The notes: generated by a model not told the origin, from the letters alone. A stretch of 46,561 nt of DNA from a virus (IMGVR_UViG_3300027787_000004:1-46561), one strand, 5' to 3'. Counted from the stretch's first letter, positions 10,468 through 20,571 are shown. Numbers and translations are program-made.

Positions 10468-12276
10468 ATGGCTGCGCTCAAGGCGCTCGCGTTCGGACCG
10501 CTCCCCGCCAGTCAGGCGCAGGCCGCCGAAGCCTTCGGCCAGGACACGGCCTCGGGCGCGGCGGTGCGCGGCCTGCCCGGTGGTGGGGGCGGCGGGGGTG
10601 GCGCCGTAGACCTGAACGCGCCCGAGCCCATGATGCCGCGCGCGTCGGATCGCCTCGCGGCGCTCGCCAGTAGCAGCGGCGGGGGCGGCAGCACGTTCGG
10701 GGAGCTCGGCGGGGTGGGGAACATCGAGGATCTGCCGGGGGCGCAGCCGACGGGGCAGCCCCAGGTCAACTTCCTCAGCTCGCTCGCCGGGTGGCTCAGC
10801 GGGCGCACGGGCGGCGACACCGGCGACCAGGAGACCGCGCCGCCGGCCAGTGGCCCCGGCGAGACGCCGGACTTCGCCAAGGCGATCCAGGCCTTCAACG
10901 CCGCGGTCAAGGCGGCGAAGGCGGGCAGCACGCTGGCCAAGGGCAGCGGCGGCGGCTGGACGCTCTCCTCAGCGCCGGGCAGCGTCCAGGGCCTGGGCGA
11001 GAACGCGGCGGCCACGGGCTACGCGCCGCTCACCGCCAAGGGGCTGGATCAGGCGCTCGGTCCCTCTGCGGGCAGCAGCTCGAGCGGCCTGGGCGCCGCC
11101 TCGGCGGGCGCCGCCGGCCTCTCGGCGATCCTCAGCCTGTTGGCGGCCGGCACGGGCGACCAGGGCGTGGCGAAAGCCGCCCAGGCGGCCGGGCTCGGCA
11201 CTGGCGTGCTGGGTGCCGTGGGCGGCGGCGGGGGTCTCGGCGGCGTGATCGGCGCGCTCCCCAGTCTCCTGGGCCTGTTCGGCAACACGCACATGGACCG
11301 GGGCGACCTCGCCTTCCTGCAGAGCGCGGCGCAGGCCGAGCAGATCGCCTCGCTGGCCGCGGCCGCCACGGCGACGGGGGCCGTCCCCTACGCCGCGATT
11401 GCCGCCCAGGCGATCAACGACGCGATGGGGCTGGCGAACTACCTCCAGGGCAACCAGAACCTCGCGCAGACGGCGCTCGGGAGCATCCCCGTGGTCGGCA
11501 GCTACGCCACGGCGCTCTATGACCAGCTCAACAAGCCGAGCGCGGGCTACCTGCGCAACAAGATCGCCGGGTCGGCGGGGCCGAAGATCACCGGCGGGCT
11601 CGAGCAGCTAGCCGGGCAGCTCGACGGCGTGGATCTGAGCCAACTGAGCGGCGCCCAGATCGGCTCGCTCGTCACCGCGCTCGGCAGCGGCCTCGGGGCC
11701 TACTACAACCCCAACACCGAGATGGGCGCGTACCTGACGGGCCTGCGCGAGCAGATGCCCGCCGAGTATGGCACCGTGACGGCCACGCGGGACACGGCGC
11801 AGCAGAACCTGCTCCGCAGCATCGCGCTCATGCAGCAGCAGGGCGCGAGCCCCGCCGACATCGGGCGGCTGGTGGACCCGGCGGTGGTGTGGGACATGGC
11901 CAATTCCGACTGGGTGGGCGTGCCCGGCGGGGCGCCGAATATGGGCGCCGTGCGGCAGGGCCTCGAGGGCTATCAGCCCGCGATGAGCCAGGAGCAGGCG
12001 GCCAACTTCTACGGCGGGCCGACGTGGGCCGCGCTCTACGGCATGTACGGCCCCGGCACCGCCGACGTGGCCCGCCAGTACGGCATCACGCTGCCGGGGC
12101 TGAACTACTCCGCGCTGACGCCCGTGGCCCCGGCCGGTGGCCCGGCGGCGCCCCCGGACTTCAACGCGCTCTACTCGCAGTACGTCAACGCCGGCTACAA
12201 CACCCAGGACGCCGCCGCGCTCGCCAGCGGGCGTCTGGGGCAGGCGCTGCTCTACCCCGGCGCGGGAGGTGGCTAG
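10468..12276 (+). CDS. Putative internal virion (ejection) protein
   Basis: 602 aa, Gly/Ala-rich with hydrophobic glycine-zipper segments; located after tail genes. Confidence 0.55.
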   Translation: MAALKALAFGPLPASQAQAAEAFGQDTASGAAVRGLPGGGGGGGGAVDLNAPEPMMPRASDRLAALASSSGGGGSTFGELGGVGNIEDLPGAQPTGQPQVNFLSSLAGWLSGRTGGDTGDQETAPPASGPGETPDFAKAIQAFNAAVKAAKAGSTLAKGSGGGWTLSSAPGSVQGLGENAAATGYAPLTAKGLDQALGPSAGSSSSGLGAASAGAAGLSAILSLLAAGTGDQGVAKAAQAAGLGTGVLGAVGGGGGLGGVIGALPSLLGLFGNTHMDRGDLAFLQSAAQAEQIASLAAAATATGAVPYAAIAAQAINDAMGLANYLQGNQNLAQTALGSIPVVGSYATALYDQLNKPSAGYLRNKIAGSAGPKITGGLEQLAGQLDGVDLSQLSGAQIGSLVTALGSGLGAYYNPNTEMGAYLTGLREQMPAEYGTVTATRDTAQQNLLRSIALMQQQGASPADIGRLVDPAVVWDMANSDWVGVPGGAPNMGAVRQGLEGYQPAMSQEQAANFYGGPTWAALYGMYGPGTADVARQYGITLPGLNYSALTPVAPAGGPAAPPDFNALYSQYVNAGYNTQDAAALASGRLGQALLYPGAGGG

Positions 12277-12279
12277 TCC

Positions 12280-13095
12280 ATGGCAACGCTGGATGAGCTG
12301 ATTCAGCAGTCGCTCGCGCAGCTGGTGCAGCAAGGGGGCGGCCCGACCGAGCAGGCGCTGTTCAACCGATCCGCGGGCGACATCCAGACCGCGTACCAGA
12401 ACAACGCCCAGCAGATCGCGGAGAACACCTTTGCGCGCGGCTTGGGCATCAGCGACATCGCGGCGCATCTGCAGGCCGAGAACCTGAAGAACCAGGCGGC
12501 GGCGGTGGAGAAGGCGCGGCAGGATGCCTTCCTCGGGGGCCAGCAGGCGCAGCTCTCCGCGTTGGGGCAGGCGGCGGCGATCACGCAGGGCGAGGCCAAC
12601 CGGGCGCAGCAGGCGGCGCTGCAGAAGCGGGCGCTCTCGGCGCAGCGGGGCATGGCGAACACGCAGATGCTGGCGCAGGGCCTCGCGGGTGGCGTGGGCG
12701 CGCTCGGCAACGTGGCGGGCCTGGCCTACGGTCCCGAGATTCGCAGCGGGTTGCGCGGCCTCTTCGGGCTGCACACGCCGTCGCTGGGCAGCCCGACGCG
12801 ACCCGGCCCCGGCGAGGGCATGCCTGGCGCTGCCGCGCCCACCATTCCGGCGCTGCCCGACATGAGCGGGCCGAGCGGCGGCCTGGGCGCGTTGGCCGGC
12901 GGCGACATCCCCAACCTCACGCTGCCGGACTTCTCCTCGGCGTTCTCGACCAGCAGCGCGAGCACGCCGAGTTACAGCTTCGATTTCAACCCGTCCCTCG
13001 ACCTCTCCGGGCTCTACGACACGTCGATGCCGAGCCTCGACCTGTCGAGCTACTTCCAGCCGGGCTACGACTGGTCGAACATCGGGTGGGGCTAG
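12280..13095 (+). CDS. Putative DNA pilot/ejection protein
   Basis: 271 aa; Gln/Ala coiled coil, ARGLGIS motif, glycine zipper. Confidence 0.55.
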   Translation: MATLDELIQQSLAQLVQQGGGPTEQALFNRSAGDIQTAYQNNAQQIAENTFARGLGISDIAAHLQAENLKNQAAAVEKARQDAFLGGQQAQLSALGQAAAITQGEANRAQQAALQKRALSAQRGMANTQMLAQGLAGGVGALGNVAGLAYGPEIRSGLRGLFGLHTPSLGSPTRPGPGEGMPGAAAPTIPALPDMSGPSGGLGALAGGDIPNLTLPDFSSAFSTSSASTPSYSFDFNPSLDLSGLYDTSMPSLDLSSYFQPGYDWSNIGWG

Positions 13096-13098
13096 CCC

Positions 13099-14775
13099 AT
13101 GGCCGATTACGGGCTGGCGGCGCTCTCGGGTCTGCTCAACGGGTTGGGCGGACTGCCAGCAGGCATGGTGCAGCGCGAGAAGCTGGATCAGAGCCAGGAG
13201 CACCTGAACCTGCTCCAGCAGCAGATGGCGCAGCAACAGGCGCAGTTCGAGGCGGGCAAGTTCACCGATGTGCCCGGCACGATGCTGCCGAGCGATTACG
13301 GCGCGAAGGTGGATACCACGAGCGGGCTGGCCAAGGTGCCGACCGCCATCGTGCCATCGCTGCTGGGGGCGCGGGAGCGACAGGCGGCCGAGGAGCGGCA
13401 GGGCAAGCGCGGCGCGGCGCTGGCCCTCGCCCTCGGCCCAATGGCCCAGAACGATCCGCAGATGCGGTCGCTGATCGACGCGCTCCAGAGCGGGGCGATG
13501 GAGCCGGACAAGACCGCGCAGGTCTTCGAGACGCTGCGCCAGCATCGCGCTGCTGAGGCGGACCGCGCCAACAATCTCGCCATCCTCAGCAAGCTGACGG
13601 GCTTGGACTTCGGTGCGCCCACCACGGGCCTCGCGGGGCAGCCGCCCGCAGCGCCCATGCCCGCCGCGAAGATCACGCCGACCGGCCTCAGCTCCGAGAG
13701 CCTGACGGTGCCCCCAGTGCCCGCCCCCGCCGCGCAGCAGCCGATCGTGCAGGCGGCGGGCCGCGACCTCAGGACGGCCATCGGGAATCTTGCGGCAGCG
13801 GCCGGGGATTTGCCGGGCGTGCCGCCAGCAGTGCAGGCGCCGGGCGGGTTCGCAGGACGGCCCGGCTATAAGCAGCCCAAGATCAGCTTCAACCCCAAGA
13901 CTGGGGTGAGCGTGGACATCTCGCCAGAAGGCGAACCGACGACCGGCAGCGAATACGTCAAGGCGGTCAACGCGCTGCTGATGCTCGAAGGGCAGGGGAT
14001 CGGCCCGAGTGATCCTCGCTATGCCGCGGCAGCGCGCCGGGTCGATCTGCTGCGCCCCATGGCCATCACTGAAGGCGGCGGGATCGGCGGGCCGTCTGGC
14101 GGGGCGCCCATCCGGGCCCCACTTCCGGCGCGCACCCCCGAAGCTGCGCTCAAGGACTTCCAGGGCATTGATCTCGCGCAGGGCCAGCTCAACGAAATGT
14201 TGCGGCTCGCCCCGAGCGTGCAGTTGCCGCAGATCTCGGGCGGGCTCAAGCCGTGGGTGAACGCCATCATTCAGACGGGCAAGGTCGGGCCGATCCCAGT
14301 GCCCTCGGAACTTACGGGCACGCTCAGCGATGACCAGAACCGTTTCCTAGCGATGCTCCAAGACTACGCCGACCAGGTGCTGCGCCTCCGGTCGGGCGCG
14401 CAGATTAACGAGCAAGAGTTTAAGCGGATGCTCGGCTTCCTCGCATCGCCGGATGTCACCCCGCAGGTTATTGTGCAGCGGCTCAAGCTCCAGCAGGACT
14501 TCCTGAGGGCGAAACGGCAGGCGATGGAGAACACGCTTGGCGCGGCGGGTTATCGGGTGCCGCCCGCTCAGGCTCCCTCGCTCGCGCCGGCCGGACCGCC
14601 GCTTGAGGTGCCGAACGTGCCCCCCCAGCCTGCGCCCCAGCCCGGCCTCCTACAGCGCGTCCTCCCAGGCATCTTCGGTGGCGGACAGCAGCCGCAGTAT
14701 GTCGAAGGCAAGCTCTATAAGGGCTCTGACGGCAAGATGTACCGCTTCCAGGGCGGCCAGATGGTGCCGCAGTAA
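13099..14775 (+). CDS. Putative ejection protein
   Basis: 558 aa; helical; LRSGAQINEQEFKR motif; small C-terminal YKGSDGKMYRFQGG domain. Confidence 0.55.
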   Translation: MADYGLAALSGLLNGLGGLPAGMVQREKLDQSQEHLNLLQQQMAQQQAQFEAGKFTDVPGTMLPSDYGAKVDTTSGLAKVPTAIVPSLLGARERQAAEERQGKRGAALALALGPMAQNDPQMRSLIDALQSGAMEPDKTAQVFETLRQHRAAEADRANNLAILSKLTGLDFGAPTTGLAGQPPAAPMPAAKITPTGLSSESLTVPPVPAPAAQQPIVQAAGRDLRTAIGNLAAAAGDLPGVPPAVQAPGGFAGRPGYKQPKISFNPKTGVSVDISPEGEPTTGSEYVKAVNALLMLEGQGIGPSDPRYAAAARRVDLLRPMAITEGGGIGGPSGGAPIRAPLPARTPEAALKDFQGIDLAQGQLNEMLRLAPSVQLPQISGGLKPWVNAIIQTGKVGPIPVPSELTGTLSDDQNRFLAMLQDYADQVLRLRSGAQINEQEFKRMLGFLASPDVTPQVIVQRLKLQQDFLRAKRQAMENTLGAAGYRVPPAQAPSLAPAGPPLEVPNVPPQPAPQPGLLQRVLPGIFGGGQQPQYVEGKLYKGSDGKMYRFQGGQMVPQ

Positions 14776-16064
14776 TGGCCCAGCCGCTGACCTTCACGCC
14801 CGTCGAAGAAGGCCCCGTCACCTTCACGCCGGTTGAGGAGCCACCGCAAGGCTGGGGCGCACGCCTCAACGCCACGCTCGGCACTGCCAGCGGCAAGGTG
14901 GGCGACTGGCTCCGCTACATTGACACCGTGGGCGGGCGCCTACCCGGCACGCCCGCCGGCAGCTTCGTCACGCCGGGCATGGCGAATCCCGTCCCGCGCA
15001 ACCTCACGGAAGCGGGCGCGCAGCTGGCGCAAGCGGCCGTGCCCGGCGGCAACGCGGCGCTGCGCATCGGGGCGCAGGCGCTCGGCGGGGAGGTGGGCAA
15101 CCAGATCGCCGGCGGGCCGACGGGACAGGGGGCGCTCGAGGGCGGCGGCTCCGCGTTGGCGGGCGAACTCATCGGCGGCGGTCTCGGCTACGTGGCCCGC
15201 GGATTGCCGGGGGCCAAGGGGCGCATCGCCGCGCAGGACGCCGCAGCGTATGGGACGGAGATGGGGCGGCAGTCGCCGCCGCTCGCGGGCGCCCAGAGCG
15301 TGCAGGATCTTCGGGGCCTCGCGCAGGGCGCCGGCAAAGCGCAACTCGGCGCCGCCAAAGAGCGCACCGTGCAGGACATCGAGGGGCTGATTGGCGGCGC
15401 GCAGACACCGCTGTCCGTGCCAGCCCTCAGTCGGGATCGGAATCTGACCTTGCGGGAGGCGAACGATCTCCTCAGCGAAATCGGCGCCCGCGCCTTCAGC
15501 CGCAATCCGCTCGACCGCACCTTCCAAGGCGTCGATCAGCGGAAGCTCTATGGGCAGATCGCCAGCGAACTGGATGCCGCGCTCGGGGCGGCGCACCCGG
15601 AGGCCCCAGCGCTCTGGCAGCAGGCGCAGGCAGATTACAAGCGGGGGCTGGCCCTGCTGCGCCCGCTCCAGCAGCAGAACGCCTACCGGCTCTCGCCCAA
15701 TGACGTGCAATTCAATACGCCCGCGATGCAGCGCTTCGTGCAGAACCCGAGGAACGCCGCGCTGCTGCGCAACAAACTCGGTGACGCCGACTATGAGGCG
15801 CTGGTTAACGTGCTGACTCGGGGCGCCGGGCAGGGGCAAGACATCCTGGCCTCCGGGCGCGGCGGCATGCTGGATGCCTTTCGGCAGACGTTCGGACGGG
15901 GGACCAATTCGGGCGCCGCCGGATACCTCGGCGTCCCGCTCCGCACGCTGCTGCCGAACATCGGCTCCGAGTACGTGGGACGGCAACCCTACAGTTTCCC
16001 CCCCGCGCTCCAGCAGATCCTCGACCTCGCCGTCCAGCGCGGCACCCAGGAGGCGGCCCGCTAG
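14775..16064 (+). CDS. Putative ejection protein
   Basis: 429 aa; TAATG coupling; N-terminal TFTPVEE x2; glycine zippers. Confidence 0.5.
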   Translation: MAQPLTFTPVEEGPVTFTPVEEPPQGWGARLNATLGTASGKVGDWLRYIDTVGGRLPGTPAGSFVTPGMANPVPRNLTEAGAQLAQAAVPGGNAALRIGAQALGGEVGNQIAGGPTGQGALEGGGSALAGELIGGGLGYVARGLPGAKGRIAAQDAAAYGTEMGRQSPPLAGAQSVQDLRGLAQGAGKAQLGAAKERTVQDIEGLIGGAQTPLSVPALSRDRNLTLREANDLLSEIGARAFSRNPLDRTFQGVDQRKLYGQIASELDAALGAAHPEAPALWQQAQADYKRGLALLRPLQQQNAYRLSPNDVQFNTPAMQRFVQNPRNAALLRNKLGDADYEALVNVLTRGAGQGQDILASGRGGMLDAFRQTFGRGTNSGAAGYLGVPLRTLLPNIGSEYVGRQPYSFPPALQQILDLAVQRGTQEAAR

Positions 16065-16066
16065 CG

Positions 16067-17809
16067 ATGCCGGCACTGGGCATTCGGATCACGGCCCCGA
16101 GCACCGTGCCGTCCGTCGTGCTCGACGGTGGGGCGGGCGTCGTGGCGACGATCACGGAGGATGGGCTGACGGATCTGAGCCTCAACGCCACCACGGTCTT
16201 GTCGGGCACGCTGTCGGCTGAGTCGAGCGGCAGCCGCTTCGGGATCGACGATCCGTCGTTCGGCACCCGCCTCTCGGCCTCGGTGCGGCAGCTCTCGGCC
16301 ACCTCCGCGCTCGTGCGGCATTCGTATGCCAGCGCCTTTGCGACATTTACCTATGCGGTGGACGACGAAGACCTCACGATCACCGCGACGGTGACGAATC
16401 AAACGGGGGCGACCATCACCGTGCTCGGCTTCGAGGGGTTGGTGGGGCAGTGGATCACGGCCGAGGACGCCGACGTGATCATGGGCTACCGCACCACGTC
16501 GGGCACGGGACTGGATGCCTTTCATCCGGGCTACTTCACCCCCATCGGGGCCTGGTGCCAAACCGTCACCATCGATGCCACCGCGATTGGCTTCGCCCTG
16601 TACCCGATCAACGTCGGGCTGCATCGCACGCTCTGCTGGGATCGCGTCGGTCCCGCGTCGGTGCCCTGTCCGTCCTTCTATGTCAGCCCGTGCGTGGGGA
16701 GTCAGCCCCTCGGTGTCCCGAGCGGGCAGACCTACTCCGTGTCGTTTGGGCTCCGTCTGTCGTTGACGACGGACTGGCGCCATCTGCTCGCGCCCTATCG
16801 CACGCAATTCCGCGCCACGTTCGGGGCCGTGCAGTACACCGCCGATGACCGTCCCGTGGCCTCGCACAATTTCGACGGCACCGTGGACCCCGTGACGAAC
16901 CCCTACGGGCTGGCCGAGCGGATCGACACCGATGCGGGGGCCACCGCATGGATTGACACGTGGCTGCCGGTGATGACGGACTCGGGTTGCCTCGGCAACA
17001 TCTTCTGGAACCCGTATGGGACCGATCCGCGGTTTCTCGAGTTCAGCCCCGACGTGCATCTCGTTCCGCCCGAAGTCGCCACGCGGTTGCCGAGCATCGT
17101 CACGGCCTTGACGACGGCGGGTTTCCGGGTGGGGCGGCTCGGGCAACCGCACTGGATCGGCAGCCATTCCCAGTGGACGCCGACGGGCACCCCCGGCTAC
17201 CAGAACGGGATGAGGGCGTTCACCGACCAGTTCCTCACGCTCAACGCCGACTCGGCGGAACAAGTCCAACGGACACTTGACAACTTCGCCTCGGCGGCAC
17301 CCGGCAGCGGGTCCGACGACCCGGATCGTGGTTACGTGTCCGGCTTCGACGTGTTCTACCTCGACTCGTTCCCGAATACGCTCAACGACCTCCTGATCTT
17401 GAAGGCGCTACGCGCGCAATGGGGCTCCAGCGTCCTCGCCTATACAGAACAGTTCAGCGATGTCTCGATGGTCTATGCCGGCGTGTATACGGAACTGAAC
17501 GGCACTTCGGCGGACTCCGGCACATGGGCGATTCGCCCCACTCCCGGCGTCGGAGCGCCCAGCACGGCCCTCATGCTCCAAATATGTCGCTGGCTCACGG
17601 CTGCGACCTCGGTCATCTGCCACGATCGCACCGATCCCGGGGCGACCTACGATGATACGTATTTCGATTGGCTCTACAGCCGACAGTTGAGTGCCAAGCC
17701 GCTCACCTATCGCCTGGAGACCGACGTGAAAACGAAGATCCTCGCGCACAACGCGACGTATCTCGACGGCAGCAATCAGTGGATCTACGACTGGGAGGCC
17801 TCGCCCTAA
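16067..17809 (+). CDS. Putative virion-associated glycoside hydrolase (beta-sandwich plus barrel)
   Basis: 580 aa; GFDVFYLDSF and AYTEQFSD motifs resemble (beta/alpha)8 glycosidase strands; family not identified. Confidence 0.45.
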   Translation: MPALGIRITAPSTVPSVVLDGGAGVVATITEDGLTDLSLNATTVLSGTLSAESSGSRFGIDDPSFGTRLSASVRQLSATSALVRHSYASAFATFTYAVDDEDLTITATVTNQTGATITVLGFEGLVGQWITAEDADVIMGYRTTSGTGLDAFHPGYFTPIGAWCQTVTIDATAIGFALYPINVGLHRTLCWDRVGPASVPCPSFYVSPCVGSQPLGVPSGQTYSVSFGLRLSLTTDWRHLLAPYRTQFRATFGAVQYTADDRPVASHNFDGTVDPVTNPYGLAERIDTDAGATAWIDTWLPVMTDSGCLGNIFWNPYGTDPRFLEFSPDVHLVPPEVATRLPSIVTALTTAGFRVGRLGQPHWIGSHSQWTPTGTPGYQNGMRAFTDQFLTLNADSAEQVQRTLDNFASAAPGSGSDDPDRGYVSGFDVFYLDSFPNTLNDLLILKALRAQWGSSVLAYTEQFSDVSMVYAGVYTELNGTSADSGTWAIRPTPGVGAPSTALMLQICRWLTAATSVICHDRTDPGATYDDTYFDWLYSRQLSAKPLTYRLETDVKTKILAHNATYLDGSNQWIYDWEASP

Positions 17810-18513
17810 TGGCGATTGCTGAGGTTGCGAGCCAGCGGGTCCAAACGACCGGGGCCATGGGGGCCGCGTGCGATTTTGTCGATCTCGCATTTCCGAACAA
17901 TGTGACGGCTGGCAGCCTCCTCGTCGTCGCTGGAAATAACTATCACTCACCCCTGACCAGTGCCATCACCGTCACCGACACGGTGTTGACCAATTACACG
18001 GTGATCCTCGGCCCGACCCCGCTCAACAGTTACACGCTCTTTCTGGCCTATGGCTTCGCGCCGTCCTCTGGGGCAAACACCGTGCGTGTGGACCCCGACG
18101 GAACCGGCAATTACATCAACTTCGCCATGGACGAGTTCTCCGGCGTGGATAGTGGATCGCCCATCGACGTGGATGGTGGCGAGTCCACGGGCCACGACGA
18201 TGCTCCCGCCGACAGTCTCGTCACGACCACCGCGGGCGTCCTCATCGTGGCATCGGCGGGATCGCTCAACGACGCAGGCACCTGGACGGCGGGGACTGGC
18301 TGGACCCTATTCGGATCTCAAGGCTCCTCGAGCATCTCCTCGTTTGCCGCAGAGTTCCAGATTGTCGGGGGGGCTGGGACTTACACGGCGGACTTTGTGA
18401 CCACGAACACCCCGAATTGGGGCGTCTACACCGTCGGTTTTAAGGCCGCGGGAGGGGGGGGCGGCCTCCCCATCCCCGTCGCCATGGCCCACTACCGCCA
18501 GAGAGGGAACTAG
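17809..18513 (+). CDS. Virion adhesin-like beta protein with Gly linker and C-terminal IPVAMAHYRQRGN tag
   Basis: ATG at 17809 overlaps TAA; LAFPNNVTAGSLLVVA beta-sandwich; GGGGG linker. Confidence 0.6.
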   Translation: MAIAEVASQRVQTTGAMGAACDFVDLAFPNNVTAGSLLVVAGNNYHSPLTSAITVTDTVLTNYTVILGPTPLNSYTLFLAYGFAPSSGANTVRVDPDGTGNYINFAMDEFSGVDSGSPIDVDGGESTGHDDAPADSLVTTTAGVLIVASAGSLNDAGTWTAGTGWTLFGSQGSSSISSFAAEFQIVGGAGTYTADFVTTNTPNWGVYTVGFKAAGGGGGLPIPVAMAHYRQRGN

Positions 18514-18516
18514 CCC

Positions 18517-19401
18517 ATGCGCTTCCTGCGGACGAATACCGCGGTCATCATTACGGTGGGGCCATTTCTTGACAAGAGTGACGGCGTCACGCTGGAGACC
18601 GCGCTGACGATCACGAACGAGAAGATCACGCTGACCGCCGATACCGACGACGGCTCGGCGCCGACGAACATCCTCGACAACGTGACGGGCGCCACGTCGG
18701 GCACCTCCAACGACCTGAACTACATCACCGGCAACGACGCGGGGATGATGCAGCTCGAATTGTCGGCGGCGAACACGAACCGCCTCGGGCGCATGTTCCT
18801 CTCCATCACCGATGCGGCGAACCATCTGCCCGTGTTCCACGAGTTCATGGTGCTGCCCGCCATGATCTACGACGCCTTCATCCTCGGCACCGACGTGCTC
18901 CAGGCGGACATGACCCAGATCCTCGGCACCGCCGTGTCCACCCCGGCGACCGCAGGCATCCTCGACGTGAACCTGAAGAACATCGCGGACGCGGCGGTGA
19001 GCACCTCCACCGCCCAGCTCGGTGTCAACGTGGTGTCGGTCGCCAATGATGCGATCACGGCGGCGGCCATCGGCACCGGGGCCATCGACGCGGATGCGTT
19101 TGCGGCGGATGCGATCGGCGCCGCCGAGCTGGCGGCCGACGCCATCGCGGAGATCAAGGCCGCCGTGGTCGAGGCGCTCAATACCGACACCTATGCCGAG
19201 CCGGGGCAGGGGGCGCCGGCCGCGACCACGACCCTCGTGGCCAAGATCGGATACCTCTACAAGGCCTGGCGCAACAAGTCCACGCAGACCGCGAGCCAGT
19301 ACAGCCTCTTTGCCGACGATGCGACCACCGTCGATCAGAAGGCCACCTTTGCCGACGACGCCACCACGGCGACGCGCGGTGAAGTGGCGACCGGCCCGTA
19401 A
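18517..19401 (+). CDS. Fibre/adaptor protein (similar architecture to 5511-6974)
   Basis: 294 aa; N-terminal adaptor-like domain, AITAAAI/AIDADAF/AIGAAEL periodic repeats, C-terminal domain resembling that of the 487-aa protein. Confidence 0.6.
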   Translation: MRFLRTNTAVIITVGPFLDKSDGVTLETALTITNEKITLTADTDDGSAPTNILDNVTGATSGTSNDLNYITGNDAGMMQLELSAANTNRLGRMFLSITDAANHLPVFHEFMVLPAMIYDAFILGTDVLQADMTQILGTAVSTPATAGILDVNLKNIADAAVSTSTAQLGVNVVSVANDAITAAAIGTGAIDADAFAADAIGAAELAADAIAEIKAAVVEALNTDTYAEPGQGAPAATTTLVAKIGYLYKAWRNKSTQTASQYSLFADDATTVDQKATFADDATTATRGEVATGP

Positions 19402-19601
19402 TGGCCGCCGACAGCGCCGCCAAGCGGCTCGCGGCCATGAACTTCAGCGCCCCGTGGCGGGGCGTGGGTGTGGTGCCCTCGGGCACCGTGGACGCCAGTG
19501 AGCGCGCGGCGGCGCTCTACCTCTACAGCGGTATTGCAGGCGCCGAGCCGCCAGCGGGCACCGGCGACACCATCATCTTCTACCACCACCACGGAGCGTA
19601 A
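19401..19601 (+). CDS. Small virion linker protein
   Basis: 66 aa; TAATG coupling; DSAAKRLAAM..GTVDASERAAALYLYSGI; ends TIIFYHHHGA. Confidence 0.55.
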   Translation: MAADSAAKRLAAMNFSAPWRGVGVVPSGTVDASERAAALYLYSGIAGAEPPAGTGDTIIFYHHHGA

Positions 19602-19607
19602 AGGCCC

Positions 19608-19985
19608 ATGACGATCTACGGCTGGAACACCGTGCCGGTCAACGTGGCGATGCCCATCAGCGGGGGCACCGTCAACAGCGCGCCGTTCTCGGTGCCGCTG
19701 GACGCCTTCTCGCTGGCGATCCACACCCCGACGAGCCTCGGGGGAGCGACCGTGAAGCTGCAGTCGCTGGATCACGACACCGACCAGGCGACTGAGGTCT
19801 GGCGCGACGTGAGCTGCTTCAACCTCGCGGACGGCACCTTCACGGCGCTCGACGGCATCCCCGAGAACGCGGTGACCACGCTGCCGATCACCGCGACCGG
19901 GGGCGGGGTGCTGCGCTTCGTGGCCTCGGCCACGCAGGCCGCCTCGCCCTCGACCATCAAAGTGGACTTCCTCTGCGGACGCTAG
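19608..19985 (+). CDS. Small beta-sandwich virion protein
   Basis: 125 aa all-beta ORF in the structural operon. Confidence 0.5.
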   Translation: MTIYGWNTVPVNVAMPISGGTVNSAPFSVPLDAFSLAIHTPTSLGGATVKLQSLDHDTDQATEVWRDVSCFNLADGTFTALDGIPENAVTTLPITATGGGVLRFVASATQAASPSTIKVDFLCGR

Positions 19986-20002
19986 CCGCCGCGCTCACCC
20001 TC

Positions 20003-20461
20003 ATGGCCTACGGCGACCGGCGGCGCGCGACGGACCCGGAGGATGACGACTACACCGAGCACCGGAGCGGCCCCTTCGATGGCCGCGAGGTGCCGATGAT
20101 GGCCATCGCATGGGGCAACAAGTCGGTCAAGTTCCGCGGCGCCATCGTCGTGACCATCGTCGTCATCTTCTGCGTGGTCGCCTCGATCATCACCACCATT
20201 GTCTACATCGGCGGGCGGGTGGAGCGGGCCACCAAGGAGGCGACGGATGCCGCGACGGTGGCCATCCAGGCCAATACGCTGGCCATGAAGGAGATCGCCA
20301 AGTCGAGCGCGAGCGAGCACCGGGCGCTCATCGCCGCCTCGGACCGGCAGGCCTGCATCAACTCGTTCGAGATCAAGGACCGGCGCGACATCGTGGCCAA
20401 CGAGCGGGCGCTCCGGAGCGCCTGCTGGTGGCTCGACCCGCCGAATGGCTATCAATGGTGA
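20003..20461 (+). CDS. Membrane protein (holin/antiholin-like)
   Basis: One strong TM segment (AIVVTIVVIFCVVASIITTIVYIG) followed by a helical tail; start of lysis region. Confidence 0.55.
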   Translation: MAYGDRRRATDPEDDDYTEHRSGPFDGREVPMMAIAWGNKSVKFRGAIVVTIVVIFCVVASIITTIVYIGGRVERATKEATDAATVAIQANTLAMKEIAKSSASEHRALIAASDRQACINSFEIKDRRDIVANERALRSACWWLDPPNGYQW

Positions 20462-20466
20462 GCGTG

Positions 20467-20571
20467 ATGGCCGACATCGCGGACGCGGGCCCGCTGATCG
20501 CGTACTTCATCCTCTGCCTGTGGGTCTTCGGCGCGCTGGCCCTGTTCGTCCTCTGGCTGATCGAGCGATGA
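20467..20571 (+). CDS. Small single-TM protein
   Basis: MADIADAGPLIAYFILCLWVFGALALFVLWLIER; ATGA overlap with next gene. Confidence 0.45.
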   Translation: MADIADAGPLIAYFILCLWVFGALALFVLWLIER

